DNA from: an uncultured Gammaproteobacteria bacterium
GTDB taxonomy: Bacteria; Patescibacteriota; Microgenomatia; 2-02-FULL-39-11
Direction: 5' to 3'
DNA length: 64,000 nt
NCBI GenBank assembly: GCA_964544585.1
Contig: CAZJBV010000003.1
Coordinates: 16,950 to 80,949, forward strand
Shown here: positions 1-9,878 of the stretch, piece by piece
How positions within the stretch are numbered: position 1 is the first letter of the stretch
Layout: each line of letters begins with the position of its first letter
Position numbers and translations under genes: made by a program
The notes under the pieces: model-generated
Seen by the model: the letters and a program-made list of their open reading frames with translations, nothing else
Database searches by the model: none
Told to the model about the DNA's origin: nothing

Positions 1-2154
1 ACTACTTGGACTTTAGCTGCTGTTGGAGCTACCTCAAATACCAAGGTAGGACAAACAACAAATGAAATTGTAGTTACGAAAGATGTAATTGTTCGTCCGA
101 TAACCCCCAACATTTTGAGAACTGGTGATGAAATAGTACTATCAGCCATTGTTCAAAACTTTACAGAACAAGACCAATCATTTGATATAGATCTTAAATT
201 TGACTCAGGAGAGGTTGATCAAGCTCTACAATCAAATGTTGCACTAAAGTCAAACGAAATGCAGCAATTTTATTGGAAAGTCAAACCCACCAAGGAAAAC
301 GATAAATCCAAGTTAGTCTTCGGTACAAGGGCAAAAAATGATAATATATTGGGTGATGTTGTCACGCAAGTAATTCCCGTTCGGCCATTTGGTTTTGAGG
401 AAAGAAGAGCTGAAGCTGGAGAAGACGCAAAAACATTCCAAGTTAAGTTGGCTCCGGATAGTCATAAAGAAAAATCTACAGTAACCCTTTCCCTGTCTCC
501 GGCAATAATTGGCACCCTTCCAACAGCAATGAAGTATCTTATTGATTATCCCTATGGTTGTGTAGAACAAACAACAAGCCGATTTGTTCCAGCAGTAATT
601 GCAAAAGTAAATCAAGATTTATTTACAGAAGCCCTAAAAGATAAAGATATAAATGATGTTATTGATAAAGGCATTTCGAGACTATCAACCCTACAACAAG
701 GAGACGGTGGATGGGCATGGTGGTTCTCTGGAAATTCTGACCCATACATAACGGCTTACGTCATTGAGTACGTTATTCAGGCAAAACAGGCAGGAATTAA
801 AGTAGATGATGATTTTCTGAAGCGAGCACAAAGTTATCTTGAAAAAGAAAGATACTATGATTCTAAATCTCAACAAGAAGTAAATTACCAAAGAGAAGAT
901 TTAATAGCAAAGAACTATGGATTAATCTTACTGGGTGCTAAAAATAAAGTTAAGAAAGTAAATGACTTAAGTAATCTAAGTCCTGATCTACTAGCTCTGG
1001 CTGTAATGACAAACTATCTTAACGGCGACAAAAATTCTCAAAGTAATGGTTTAAACCAGCTAGTATCTATTGCGCAGACTCAAGGTGATGCAGTATTTTG
1101 GGAAGGTGGTAATAAAGTGAATTTTGGTTCTAAGGATGCCTCAACTGCTTTGGCAATTCGTGCAATAGCGCTTGCAGGAGGAGATAGGGATTTAGCAGTC
1201 AAAGCAACAAGATACCTTACTCGAGTTCGCCAATCAGATTACTGGTCAAACACCTATGCAACTGCGCAGGTGATTCGCGCTCTTGTTGATCTTTCGAGGA
1301 CTGGTAATGAGCTTACACCAAATTATACATATTCAGTTACGTTAGATGGCAAACAAATTGCCCAAGGATCAGTATCAAACTCTAAGCAAGTAATAAAAGA
1401 TATTGAGATACCAGCTGCAAATCTAAAATCTGGTGGCTCCAGTATTTCATTAACTAAAAATGGGACTGGACAAATTTATTCCACTCTCGTAATCAACGAA
1501 TTCCATACAGACAGAGATACTCCAGCAGTAAACAATGGGTTATCTGTTAGAAGAGAATACGTTAATGAAAAAGGTGAACAACATACGTTAGCGGTGGGCG
1601 ATACAGCTATAGTTAAGATAACTGTAAGTGGACTCAAAGCTAATGAAAATTACGGTGTTATAAATGATGAATTACCCTCAGGCCTCGTCCCGATAAATCA
1701 GGCATTTAAGAACGAGCAATATGGATACGATCCAAATACTTACTATTCCTCTTATGGTGTAACTGACAGAGAGATTACTGAAAATGGGATGGTGCTGTCG
1801 CTTTATCAAATCGCTTCTGGAGAGCGTACTTATACTTACAAAGCACGTGTTGTAAACGAAGGCACATTTATTGTGCCCCCCGCCACCGCTTCCCTTATGT
1901 ATGCACCAGAGATATACGGTAGATCAGATGTGCAAACAGTCAAGATTACCAAAGAATCAGAGATAATACCTACAAAAGCTCCAAAAGAAGCAGTAGAAAA
2001 ATATACCAAACAGATTATCGCTGCAATAATACTCATAGTTTTGACAGCGATTGGAGTAATCATAAGAATGAAAAAACGAAACAGGCCGCCTACTCCTATA
2101 GAACCAACTCAACCAAGCAATACTACACCTGGTAATGACCAACATGGACAATGA
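1..2154 (+). CDS. alpha-2-macroglobulin family thioester-containing protein (5' partial, C-terminal membrane anchor)
   Basis: The reading frame stays open back to base 1, so the ORF track start at 115 is an internal TTG. The thioester motif GCVEQ sits inside YPYGCVEQTTSRF. There is a C-terminal hydrophobic segment followed by a Pro/Thr-rich tail. Confidence 0.7.
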   Translation, partial: TTWTLAAVGATSNTKVGQTTNEIVVTKDVIVRPITPNILRTGDEIVLSAIVQNFTEQDQSFDIDLKFDSGEVDQALQSNVALKSNEMQQFYWKVKPTKENDKSKLVFGTRAKNDNILGDVVTQVIPVRPFGFEERRAEAGEDAKTFQVKLAPDSHKEKSTVTLSLSPAIIGTLPTAMKYLIDYPYGCVEQTTSRFVPAVIAKVNQDLFTEALKDKDINDVIDKGISRLSTLQQGDGGWAWWFSGNSDPYITAYVIEYVIQAKQAGIKVDDDFLKRAQSYLEKERYYDSKSQQEVNYQREDLIAKNYGLILLGAKNKVKKVNDLSNLSPDLLALAVMTNYLNGDKNSQSNGLNQLVSIAQTQGDAVFWEGGNKVNFGSKDASTALAIRAIALAGGDRDLAVKATRYLTRVRQSDYWSNTYATAQVIRALVDLSRTGNELTPNYTYSVTLDGKQIAQGSVSNSKQVIKDIEIPAANLKSGGSSISLTKNGTGQIYSTLVINEFHTDRDTPAVNNGLSVRREYVNEKGEQHTLAVGDTAIVKITVSGLKANENYGVINDELPSGLVPINQAFKNEQYGYDPNTYYSSYGVTDREITENGMVLSLYQIASGERTYTYKARVVNEGTFIVPPATASLMYAPEIYGRSDVQTVKITKESEIIPTKAPKEAVEKYTKQIIAAIILIVLTAIGVIIRMKKRNRPPTPIEPTQPSNTTPGNDQHGQ

Positions 2155-3071
2155 TTTACAAAAAACTGTTTCTGTTGTTATTTATTTTGTTCCTGGTAGG
2201 ATTTCTTTGGACAGTTACAATTAGGCATAATCCTCTCGTTAAAATTGGACAAAAAAATTCTCTAGACGTATCAATCACGGATAATAATCGGCTAGCTCAT
2301 CCATTAGTTTTTTTTGACAAAGATGCCTTTTATAGAGGAGTTGAAGAAGCCAAAACTAAAAATAAAATATTTATAGACCACGCATTTGGAGGTATTGTCC
2401 CTCACCATCTTTTTCCAGGTTTTATTATCACCGACTTCTTTAATCGACTATCGAAACAAAATCCTAATACGATTATTCTAATAGGCCCAAATCACTATGA
2501 ACGAGGTGATTATCACGCGCTCGCAAGTCTTTATAAGTGGGAAACACCTTTTGGGACTGTTGATCCAAACGAACAAGTTATTCAAGAGTTAGTTAAAAAC
2601 AAAATGGTACAAATAGATGAAAATGTTTTGCCTGAAGATCATGCTGTAGCTGGAATGATGCCTTTTATAAAATATTACCTTCCAAATACTAAGGTTGTCC
2701 CAATCCTTCTAAGTGGTTTTATGACTGAGATAGACACCCAGATACTTTCTAACGAACTGAAAAATTATGTTGACTCAGACTCAGTAATTATCGCAGCTGT
2801 AGACTTCTCTCATAATCTAACAAATCAACAAGCACAAGAAAAGGATAGGACAACTTTAGAATTAATGAGGAGCTTTAATTACAAACAATTATTAAGTCTT
2901 AACAACGAATATCTTGATAGTCCCTCATCCATTACAGTCTTTTTGAAGATAATGCAAGCATTGGGTACTACTAAGATGGAGATATTCTATCATACAAATT
3001 CCGGAGAATTACAAAAAAATGATTATATAGAAACTACAAGTTATTTTTCAATTGCTTACTATAAATTATGA
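2151..3071 (+). CDS. MEMO1-family protein (AmmeMemoRadiSam system protein B-like)
   Basis: Conserved His-rich motifs (HAFGGIVPHH, GPNHY, EDHAVAG) match the Memo/extradiol dioxygenase-B-like fold. An N-terminal TM segment is present. The start overlaps the upstream stop (ATGA). Confidence 0.5.
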   Translation: MIYKKLFLLLFILFLVGFLWTVTIRHNPLVKIGQKNSLDVSITDNNRLAHPLVFFDKDAFYRGVEEAKTKNKIFIDHAFGGIVPHHLFPGFIITDFFNRLSKQNPNTIILIGPNHYERGDYHALASLYKWETPFGTVDPNEQVIQELVKNKMVQIDENVLPEDHAVAGMMPFIKYYLPNTKVVPILLSGFMTEIDTQILSNELKNYVDSDSVIIAAVDFSHNLTNQQAQEKDRTTLELMRSFNYKQLLSLNNEYLDSPSSITVFLKIMQALGTTKMEIFYHTNSGELQKNDYIETTSYFSIAYYKL

Positions 3072-3272
3072 TAGCATCGGCTCTACCCTGAAGTCTTATT
3101 GCGCTTCCAATATTCTATACATCAAACACTTCCTGTCCGGAAACATTTAATCTCCTCATTTTTTCAACCATATTAGGTGGGATAAATGGCTCTGCCATCA
3201 AAGTAAAAAGATTATACACTTAAAGCTTTGTGAAAATACTTGACTCTATGTAAATAAAATTATATCATTTGT

Positions 3273-3602
3273 ATGTATATGCAAATGAAGAAATTAAAAG
3301 CTCTAAGGAAGGAACTCCAGGATAACACAAAAATAGAGACATGTGCCATAAGGTTTGGAACTACAGGCGATCTAACCCGCATGAAGATCTGCTACCTTCT
3401 CTGTCACTATCCACAGCTTTCAGTTTCCCAGATTGCCCAGATTATCGACGCCCCAATCTCTACAGTATCTCACAGCTTAAAAAAGCTGAAAACTATCGAG
3501 CTTGTTGAGAATCGTCGTCAAGCCAAAGCGGTATTCTACTCATTAACGAACAATAAGTTTGCCGCAGTTATTAAAGAACAATTACTTTCAGCATATGAAT
3601 AA
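3273..3602 (+). CDS. ArsR/SmtB-family metalloregulator (HTH)
   Basis: The winged HTH signature ISTVSHSLKKLKTIELVENRRQAKAVFYSL is present. The gene is located at the head of the metal-resistance-like cluster. Confidence 0.7.
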   Translation: MYMQMKKLKALRKELQDNTKIETCAIRFGTTGDLTRMKICYLLCHYPQLSVSQIAQIIDAPISTVSHSLKKLKTIELVENRRQAKAVFYSLTNNKFAAVIKEQLLSAYE

Positions 3603-4188
3603 GAAAATATTATTATTGGGGCTTATTATCATCATAGGTGGCTACCTATATTACTCAAGTAACAAACCAATCTTCAATTTCTCTCAACAACCCACAACCA
3701 ATTCACAAATAAATGTAAGTGAAGCTGTCGCCTCAAAATTTGATTATCTTTCCCAGAATGGCAACTCTTCTTGCTCTCTTTCGTTTAAAGACTCTATTCC
3801 AAATATGGCAGATGAGGAAAGACTGCTTGGCTCTTGTTGTAGCCCGATGAGCCTACATCGGTATAGTGAACAGGTTGAAGGTATCAAAAAATATTCACAT
3901 ATCCCCGAGATCCCCCCAGATCCATATGATATTGAGGTAGGACTAGCTAAGAAACTGCTGCCTTATTATGACCAAAATCTAACTTCCTCTGAACAAAAGG
4001 CTTATGACTTTGCCATGCAAAACTCGGATGAAAAAGGACCCTGCTGTTGTAAATGTTGGCGATGGTATGTGTATGGCGGACTTGGTAAATACCTCATAAA
4101 AAATTACAAGTTCACAGGCGAACAACTTACCGAAGTCTGGAATTTCTCCGATGGTTGCGGCGGAGATAGCGAGCATCACCATGCATAA
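3595..4188 (+). CDS. Cys-rich secreted protein, hypothetical metal-binding
   Basis: The ATG at 3595 is in frame and overlaps the arsR stop. It has an N-terminal signal-like segment MNKKILLLGLIIIIGG. Cys clusters include SCCSP, GPCCCKC and DGCGGDSEHHH. Confidence 0.4.
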   Translation: MNKKILLLGLIIIIGGYLYYSSNKPIFNFSQQPTTNSQINVSEAVASKFDYLSQNGNSSCSLSFKDSIPNMADEERLLGSCCSPMSLHRYSEQVEGIKKYSHIPEIPPDPYDIEVGLAKKLLPYYDQNLTSSEQKAYDFAMQNSDEKGPCCCKCWRWYVYGGLGKYLIKNYKFTGEQLTEVWNFSDGCGGDSEHHHA

Positions 4189-5641
4189 ACCAGTCCTTAC
4201 TGCCTTGTTTTACGGGTTAATAGGTTTAGTTGCCTCTTTGGCCTTATTCTTAGTCTTCTATTGGAGCTTAAGCCTTAATGCTAGTATTTACAATCTAGTC
4301 ACAAACTTCTCCACCGATTTACCTTTGTATTTTTGGCCGTATATCATCTTGACAGTCGGGACCATCATTCTTTTTGGTATCAACGTACCACTTTTTATTT
4401 ATCGCGTTCGAAAATACGGTTTTCCAAAATTTAGAATTCAAGGATCAACCGGCCTTGGAAGTGTAATTGGAGTTTTAGCCTCGGCTTGCCCAGTTTGCGG
4501 CTCAACTCTTCTTTCGGCAATTGGAATTGCTGGCGGACTTACAGCTTTTCCTCTTGGTGGGCTCGAGTTAAAAGCCCTATCATTTGGTCTTATGGCACTG
4601 CCTATTGTCTTAACCGGCAGGGAACTTTCAAGATTTGCTAAGGGTGGAAAAGCTTGCCCTGTACCTCGTGATGCTTCATTCAAGACCAAAGACAAACCAT
4701 GGCTTTTAGTTTTGGTTGTGGCAGTTGCACTTTTGGGATATTGGGGATTTAAAATGCTATCCCAAGACCCAATCTTTTTTGGATTCGTGAGTAAAACTAA
4801 CATTATCAATCCTAATGACAATCAGCTTTATGATGCCAGTCAAACCCCTGCCGAGAATAACCCTCTTTATGACGAGGTTGTGGCAAAAGTCTTACCAGAA
4901 AGAGGTTTTCAAAGCAAAATCGTATTGACTGATAGTATAGTCAAATTAGTAAAAAATGGGGTTATAGACAAGCAAAAATTTGAAAATATTTATAAAGAAA
5001 GGGGCGGTTTACCGCCCGAACTAAAAAATGTTTTAACCATTAAAACAGACAAAAGAATTCTTTTAACCAGAGAAAATGCCAACTATTATGTAAATCTCCT
5101 CTGGCCTCTTGGGTTATCCAACTATATGTCTACCAATAATAAAAGTCCCATCCTTGGAGACTCGCTTTTTAATTTTGCCTCAACTGGAGGTTGGAAATTA
5201 GGCAAAGAAGAAAATGGAGGTGCGTATTTTAATAAGCTTAAGATTGTTAAATTAACCAGAGAACAAGAAGCTTTGGTAACAAAGATTGCGCAAAATACCT
5301 ATCGACCTTGTTGTGATAATTCTACCTTCTTCCAAGACTGTAATCACGGATCAGCTCTTCTCGGCCTTTTAGAACTCGGAGCCTCTCAAGGACTCACCGA
5401 AGAAGAGCTTTACAGGGAAGCCCTAGCTTTTAATTCATTTTGGTTCCCTCATAATTATATTCAAACCGCACTTTATTTTAAGGTAGCAAAGAATACAAAT
5501 TGGGAAGATGTAAATCCTGCCGAAGTAATGGGGTATGACTATTCAGCTGTTAGTAATTGGGCAAAAAATGTTCAGGTGGAAATCGCTAAAATTCCCAATC
5601 TTCTTCCACAAACAAGAAGTGGCGTAGGTTGTGGGGTATAA
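4181..5641 (+). CDS. polytopic membrane protein with CPVCG motif and Cys-containing C-terminal domain (hypothetical)
   Basis: The internal Met at 4181 overlaps the upstream stop. Four to five N-terminal TM helices carry ACPVCGSTLL. The soluble C-terminal domain contains RPCCDNSTFFQDCNHG. Confidence 0.4.
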   Translation: MHKPVLTALFYGLIGLVASLALFLVFYWSLSLNASIYNLVTNFSTDLPLYFWPYIILTVGTIILFGINVPLFIYRVRKYGFPKFRIQGSTGLGSVIGVLASACPVCGSTLLSAIGIAGGLTAFPLGGLELKALSFGLMALPIVLTGRELSRFAKGGKACPVPRDASFKTKDKPWLLVLVVAVALLGYWGFKMLSQDPIFFGFVSKTNIINPNDNQLYDASQTPAENNPLYDEVVAKVLPERGFQSKIVLTDSIVKLVKNGVIDKQKFENIYKERGGLPPELKNVLTIKTDKRILLTRENANYYVNLLWPLGLSNYMSTNNKSPILGDSLFNFASTGGWKLGKEENGGAYFNKLKIVKLTREQEALVTKIAQNTYRPCCDNSTFFQDCNHGSALLGLLELGASQGLTEEELYREALAFNSFWFPHNYIQTALYFKVAKNTNWEDVNPAEVMGYDYSAVSNWAKNVQVEIAKIPNLLPQTRSGVGCGV

Positions 5642-5701
5642 ATACTAAGGGGGTGAGAAATTATGGAGCCATGTTGTCCTTGTGGAGCCTAAATAAAGAT
5701 A

Positions 5702-7108
5702 ATGAATGAGTACGATTTAGTCATTATTGGTGCTGGTGCAGGAGCATTTGCCGCTGCAATTAAGGCAGATGAATTAAGCGCTAAAACCCTGATGGTAAAT
5801 AAAGGTTTGCCTATTGGCGGAACATGCGTCAACGTCGGCTGTGTACCATCCAAAACCCTCCTTTGGGCCGGCGAAATCATGCACCAAGCCAAACATCACG
5901 GCATCCCCGGAATTGATATTGAAGTTAAAAACTTTGATTTTTCAAGAGTTGTCCAGCATGAACTTGATCTGGTTGAAAAATTACGGGTTGAAAAGTATGA
6001 AAAGGTGCTCAAAGCCTTAGAACATGTAACTCACTTGGAAGGACAAACACGCTTTGTTTCTTCAAACGAAATAGAAGTTGATGGTCAAAAATATCAAGGG
6101 AAGAAATTTATTATTGCCGCTGGATCCACCGCGATTATCCCACCAATTGAGAACATACGAGAAGTTGGGTACCTCACGCATATTGAAGCTTTAAAACTCA
6201 AACAGCAACCGAAAGAACTTATAGTTGTAGGAGCAGGCCCACTCGGACTTGAGTTTGCCCAAATGTATGCACGATTTGGCACAAAAGTAACTATTCTTCA
6301 TAGAGGTCCATCGATTTTCCATGGAGAAGAAGAATTGATTACTAGGCTAGCAGAAATTCTGACTAAAGAAGGTATCACTATTAAAACAAACGTCCAAGTT
6401 CAAAAAGCATATAAAGATGGGGATAAAAAGGTTTTAGTTTACAAAGAAACAGACTCATCCGCCGAAACTTTAGTAAAGGCGGATGAAATTTTGCTTGCTA
6501 CGGGTAAAACACCTAATACACAAGAGTTAGAACTAGATAAAGTAGATGTGGAAGTTGACAAAAGTCAAGCTATAAAGGTAAATCAGCAGTTCCAAACCTC
6601 GCAGGAACATATCTATGCAGTTGGAGACGTCACAAATGCTCCTTTGCGCCTTGAACCAACTGCAGGCAGAGAAGGAACATTAGCCGCTGAAAATGCCTTA
6701 AAGAATACGCAAAATAGCATTGATTACAATACTGTCCCTTGGACTATCTTCACTGATCCACAACTAGCAGGAGTAGGATTTACTGAAGAAGAGCAAATGA
6801 AGAAATTTGGTACTTGTATGTGCAAAACTGTATCTTTCAAAGACGTACCGAAAGCCTTGATAATAAACAGAACCGAAGGACTTATCAAAATGGCAATTCA
6901 TCCTGAAACTAAACAGATTATGGGAGTGCACATCTTGGCTCCAAATGCTGGTGAGCTAATAGCAGAGGCAATGATGCTTATTAGAAATAAAAACTCTATT
7001 GATGATGTGGTAAATTTACTCCCAATGTTTCCTACACTTTCAGAATCGATAAAAATTGCTGCACTATCATTTACCAAAGACATTTCAAAATTAAGTTGCT
7101 GTGTCTAA
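5702..7108 (+). CDS. merA: mercuric reductase core (pyridine nucleotide-disulfide oxidoreductase, no NmerA domain)
   Basis: A FAD-binding GAGAGA motif is present. The redox-active site GGTCVNVGCVPSK is identical to the MerA/DLDH class I active site. The protein ends in ...KLSCCV, a C-terminal Cys-Cys pair characteristic of MerA. Confidence 0.65.
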   Translation: MNEYDLVIIGAGAGAFAAAIKADELSAKTLMVNKGLPIGGTCVNVGCVPSKTLLWAGEIMHQAKHHGIPGIDIEVKNFDFSRVVQHELDLVEKLRVEKYEKVLKALEHVTHLEGQTRFVSSNEIEVDGQKYQGKKFIIAAGSTAIIPPIENIREVGYLTHIEALKLKQQPKELIVVGAGPLGLEFAQMYARFGTKVTILHRGPSIFHGEEELITRLAEILTKEGITIKTNVQVQKAYKDGDKKVLVYKETDSSAETLVKADEILLATGKTPNTQELELDKVDVEVDKSQAIKVNQQFQTSQEHIYAVGDVTNAPLRLEPTAGREGTLAAENALKNTQNSIDYNTVPWTIFTDPQLAGVGFTEEEQMKKFGTCMCKTVSFKDVPKALIINRTEGLIKMAIHPETKQIMGVHILAPNAGELIAEAMMLIRNKNSIDDVVNLLPMFPTLSESIKIAALSFTKDISKLSCCV

Positions 7109-7546
7109 TACCTTTACTTCTAAACTAAACCTCTGTTTCTTAGGTGGTAGGCAAAGTGTAGCAGTGCATCCCTGATATGAAAGCATTCCTTCGATAGGAC
7201 GTTTGCCCGACTTTGCATTTTTATCTACTTCGGTCGGCATCATAATCTTGATTTTGCCCTCATAAACTAGAAGCTCGACTTTCATTTTGTCATCTTGACG
7301 GAAGACATAAATTTAGGTAAACTTTCGTTTACCTTTAAAATCCTCTAATTTGATTTGGTAAGAGTTTTTTAGAGTATAATTCCTTTCTTCTTTTCCCAGA
7401 TAATATCAAAGATTTCCAAAAGAATCTTGCCGAAATAGCAGGTTACCTAGGAAATTAATATAAAAAGCCCCGCCTGCCGGCAGGCAGGACGCCGGCGTGT
7501 TAAAAATCCTCTACTTTACATACATATCAAATTTGATATAATAAAT

Positions 7547-7903
7547 ATGGAATTTAACATACTATTTTACCAAGACGAAAAGGGAGATAGTCCCATTGAG
7601 GAATTTCTGCTTGAATTAGGTAAAATAAATAGAATTTTGGTAGCTAAAACTCAACAAGGTATTGAAAAGTTAAAAAACAAGGCATACCATAGAGAACCTT
7701 TGTCAAAATATCTTGAACCTGGACTTTGGGAACTAAGAATCAAAGCAGGAAATGATATTTTGAGGATTATCTATACATTTGCAAAAGGACAAATAATAAT
7801 TTTGTTACATATTTTTATAAAAAAGAAACAAAAAACACCTATGACTGATTTTAAGATGGCAAGAAAAAGATTAAAAGAAATCAAACTAATGGAGGTAAAT
7901 TAA
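7547..7903 (+). CDS. higB: type II toxin, HigB/RelE-ParE superfamily (Gp49-like)
   Basis: Sequence GLWELRIKAGNDILRIIYTFAKGQIIILLHIFIKKKQKTP is typical of the phage Gp49-like HigB family. It sits toxin-first, 1 nt before an XRE antitoxin. Confidence 0.75.
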   Translation: MEFNILFYQDEKGDSPIEEFLLELGKINRILVAKTQQGIEKLKNKAYHREPLSKYLEPGLWELRIKAGNDILRIIYTFAKGQIIILLHIFIKKKQKTPMTDFKMARKRLKEIKLMEVN

Positions 7904-7904
7904 C

Positions 7905-8225
7905 ATGAAAAGACGAAAAGATGATTTAGATAGATTAAAAGAGAAATTATTAAAACAAGATCCTTCTCTTAAAGAAGAATTTGAGAAAGCCGATCGAGCG
8001 TGGGATATTGCATTTCAAATTTACGACTTGAGGCAAAAAGCAGGACTAACCCAGACACAATTAGCTAAACTGGTAGGCACCAGGCAATCAAACATTGCCC
8101 GCATAGAATCAGCAGATTATACCGGGTATACTTTTAAAACGCTTGAAAAAGTAGCAAAAGCGCTACAGGCAAAATTACAAATCAAAATAGTCCCTGAGAC
8201 TAAGAACAGAATGGCTCAAATATAA
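7905..8225 (+). CDS. higA: HigA-like antitoxin, XRE-family HTH
   Basis: The HTH reads LTQTQLAKLVGTRQSNIARIE. The gene lies immediately downstream of the HigB-like gene. Confidence 0.7.
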   Translation: MKRRKDDLDRLKEKLLKQDPSLKEEFEKADRAWDIAFQIYDLRQKAGLTQTQLAKLVGTRQSNIARIESADYTGYTFKTLEKVAKALQAKLQIKIVPETKNRMAQI

Positions 8226-8232
8226 TTGACTC

Positions 8233-9216
8233 CTACATCACCATTACCGCTGAACCATTAATGTTGCCAATTCTGACATCAGATAAAGCCTGATTAATTT
8301 CACTAAATTTATAAAGATTTATATTAAGTTTTAAAGGAATTTTCTGGGCTAATTTTAAAAATTCCTCACCGTCTTTCCTAGTTAGATTTGCAATCGTTGT
8401 CAGCGTCTTTTCACTCCATAAAAGTTTATAATGAAACGTAGGAATATCACTCATATGTATTCCCGCGCACACAACTACACCTCCGGGTTCTAAAACTTTT
8501 AATGCTTGCGGAATCAACGCCCCAACAGGCGCAAAAATAATAACACCCTCAAGAGGGTGAGGAGGCATTTCCCCAGAACTCCCCACCCATACCGCTCCTA
8601 ATTTTCTTGCTAGTTCCTGTCCCTCGTCATCTCCGGGTCGTGTAAATACATACACCTTTTTTCCTTGAGCTTTGGCAATTTGTATCAGTATATGCGCACT
8701 CGATCCAAAACCATAAAATCCAATTCTCTCAAAATTCTCGACCATCCGATATGCTCTAAAACCTACCAACCCCGCGCACAATAATGGCGCAGCCTCCATA
8801 TCATCATACCGCTCAGGTATTTTAAAACAATAATTTTCATTAGCAACACAATATTGGGAAAATCCACCATTTACATCTTTTCCCGTAAATTTTGCTCGTT
8901 TACATAAATTCTCTTTTCCTTTTTGGCAAAATCGGCATCTACCACAAGTCCACGAAAGCCAACCCACTCCCACTCTCTCACCCAACGAAAATCGCGTCAC
9001 ACTTTTTCCAAGTTTTTCTACCTTGCCGACAATCTGATGTCCTGGCACAATTGGATAAGAAATGTCAGCCAACTCCTCATCCACAATATGCACATCAGTC
9101 CGGCAAACCCCACAAGCATTTATTTTAATAAGAACCTCCGAAATCCCGGGCTCCGGAATTGGCAAATCAACCATTTGTAGAGGTTGACCTTTATTAAAAA
9201 GTTGCATCGCTTTCAT
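8233..9216 (-). CDS. zinc-dependent alcohol dehydrogenase (MDR family)
   Basis: The catalytic Zn motif GVCRTDVH and the structural Zn cluster CGRCRFCQKGKENLC are both present. Confidence 0.8.
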   Translation of the reverse strand: MKAMQLFNKGQPLQMVDLPIPEPGISEVLIKINACGVCRTDVHIVDEELADISYPIVPGHQIVGKVEKLGKSVTRFSLGERVGVGWLSWTCGRCRFCQKGKENLCKRAKFTGKDVNGGFSQYCVANENYCFKIPERYDDMEAAPLLCAGLVGFRAYRMVENFERIGFYGFGSSAHILIQIAKAQGKKVYVFTRPGDDEGQELARKLGAVWVGSSGEMPPHPLEGVIIFAPVGALIPQALKVLEPGGVVVCAGIHMSDIPTFHYKLLWSEKTLTTIANLTRKDGEEFLKLAQKIPLKLNINLYKFSEINQALSDVRIGNINGSAVMVM

Positions 9217-9249
9217 AAGAAATTAGTTAACATATTATATAATCATCAC

Positions 9250-9834
9250 ATGACTCTCACTCCTTCAACGATGTTACCCTTGGGTACTCTGGTACCTTAT
9301 TTTAGATTGACCGACGTAGTCACTGGCAAAATAATATCACTTGATGACATCAAAGGGAAACAAGCGCTTCTTGTCATGTTTATTTGCCGACACTGTCCTT
9401 ATGTCAAGCACGTCGCGAAAGAAATAGCAAGAATAGGTAGAGACTACATTGACAAAAATATTAGCATTGTTGCCATAAGTTCCAATGATGCAGACTCTTA
9501 TCCGGAAGATAATCCAGAAAGTTTAAAGGAAATGGCAAAAGAGCTAGATTTAGTATTTCCCCTTCTTTATGATCCCACTCAAGAGGTAGCCAAAGCTTTC
9601 ACTGCCGCCTGCACTCCTGATTTCTTTATTTTTGATAAAGATGAAAAACTGGTTTATCGCGGCCAACTTGATGGGAGTCGCCCTGGCAATAATATTCCGG
9701 TTACTGGCAAAGATCTTCGAGGGGCTATAGATGATGTTTTCAACCATAAGTCAGTAACAAGTGAACAAAAGCCAAGCACAGGTTGCAATATCAAATGGAA
9801 ACTCGGCAACGAGCCTACTTATTTCAAGACATAG
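9250..9834 (+). CDS. thioredoxin-fold protein (redoxin/TlpA-like)
   Basis: The internal Met at 9250 avoids overlap with the convergent ADH. Trx-like topology is indicated by a CRHCPY motif. Confidence 0.45.
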   Translation: MTLTPSTMLPLGTLVPYFRLTDVVTGKIISLDDIKGKQALLVMFICRHCPYVKHVAKEIARIGRDYIDKNISIVAISSNDADSYPEDNPESLKEMAKELDLVFPLLYDPTQEVAKAFTAACTPDFFIFDKDEKLVYRGQLDGSRPGNNIPVTGKDLRGAIDDVFNHKSVTSEQKPSTGCNIKWKLGNEPTYFKT

Positions 9835-9878
9835 CCTCTAATAGTGTAAGCTGGATAAGAATCTTGTAAAATAGATTC

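Noticed and set aside
313-891. Small antisense ORFs (313-615 minus, 691-891 minus) and similar short ORFs nested opposite long genes throughout the track
   Set aside because: They are embedded antisense within well-supported CDSs and are low-complexity or Cys/Phe-rich, so they are typical spurious ORFs.
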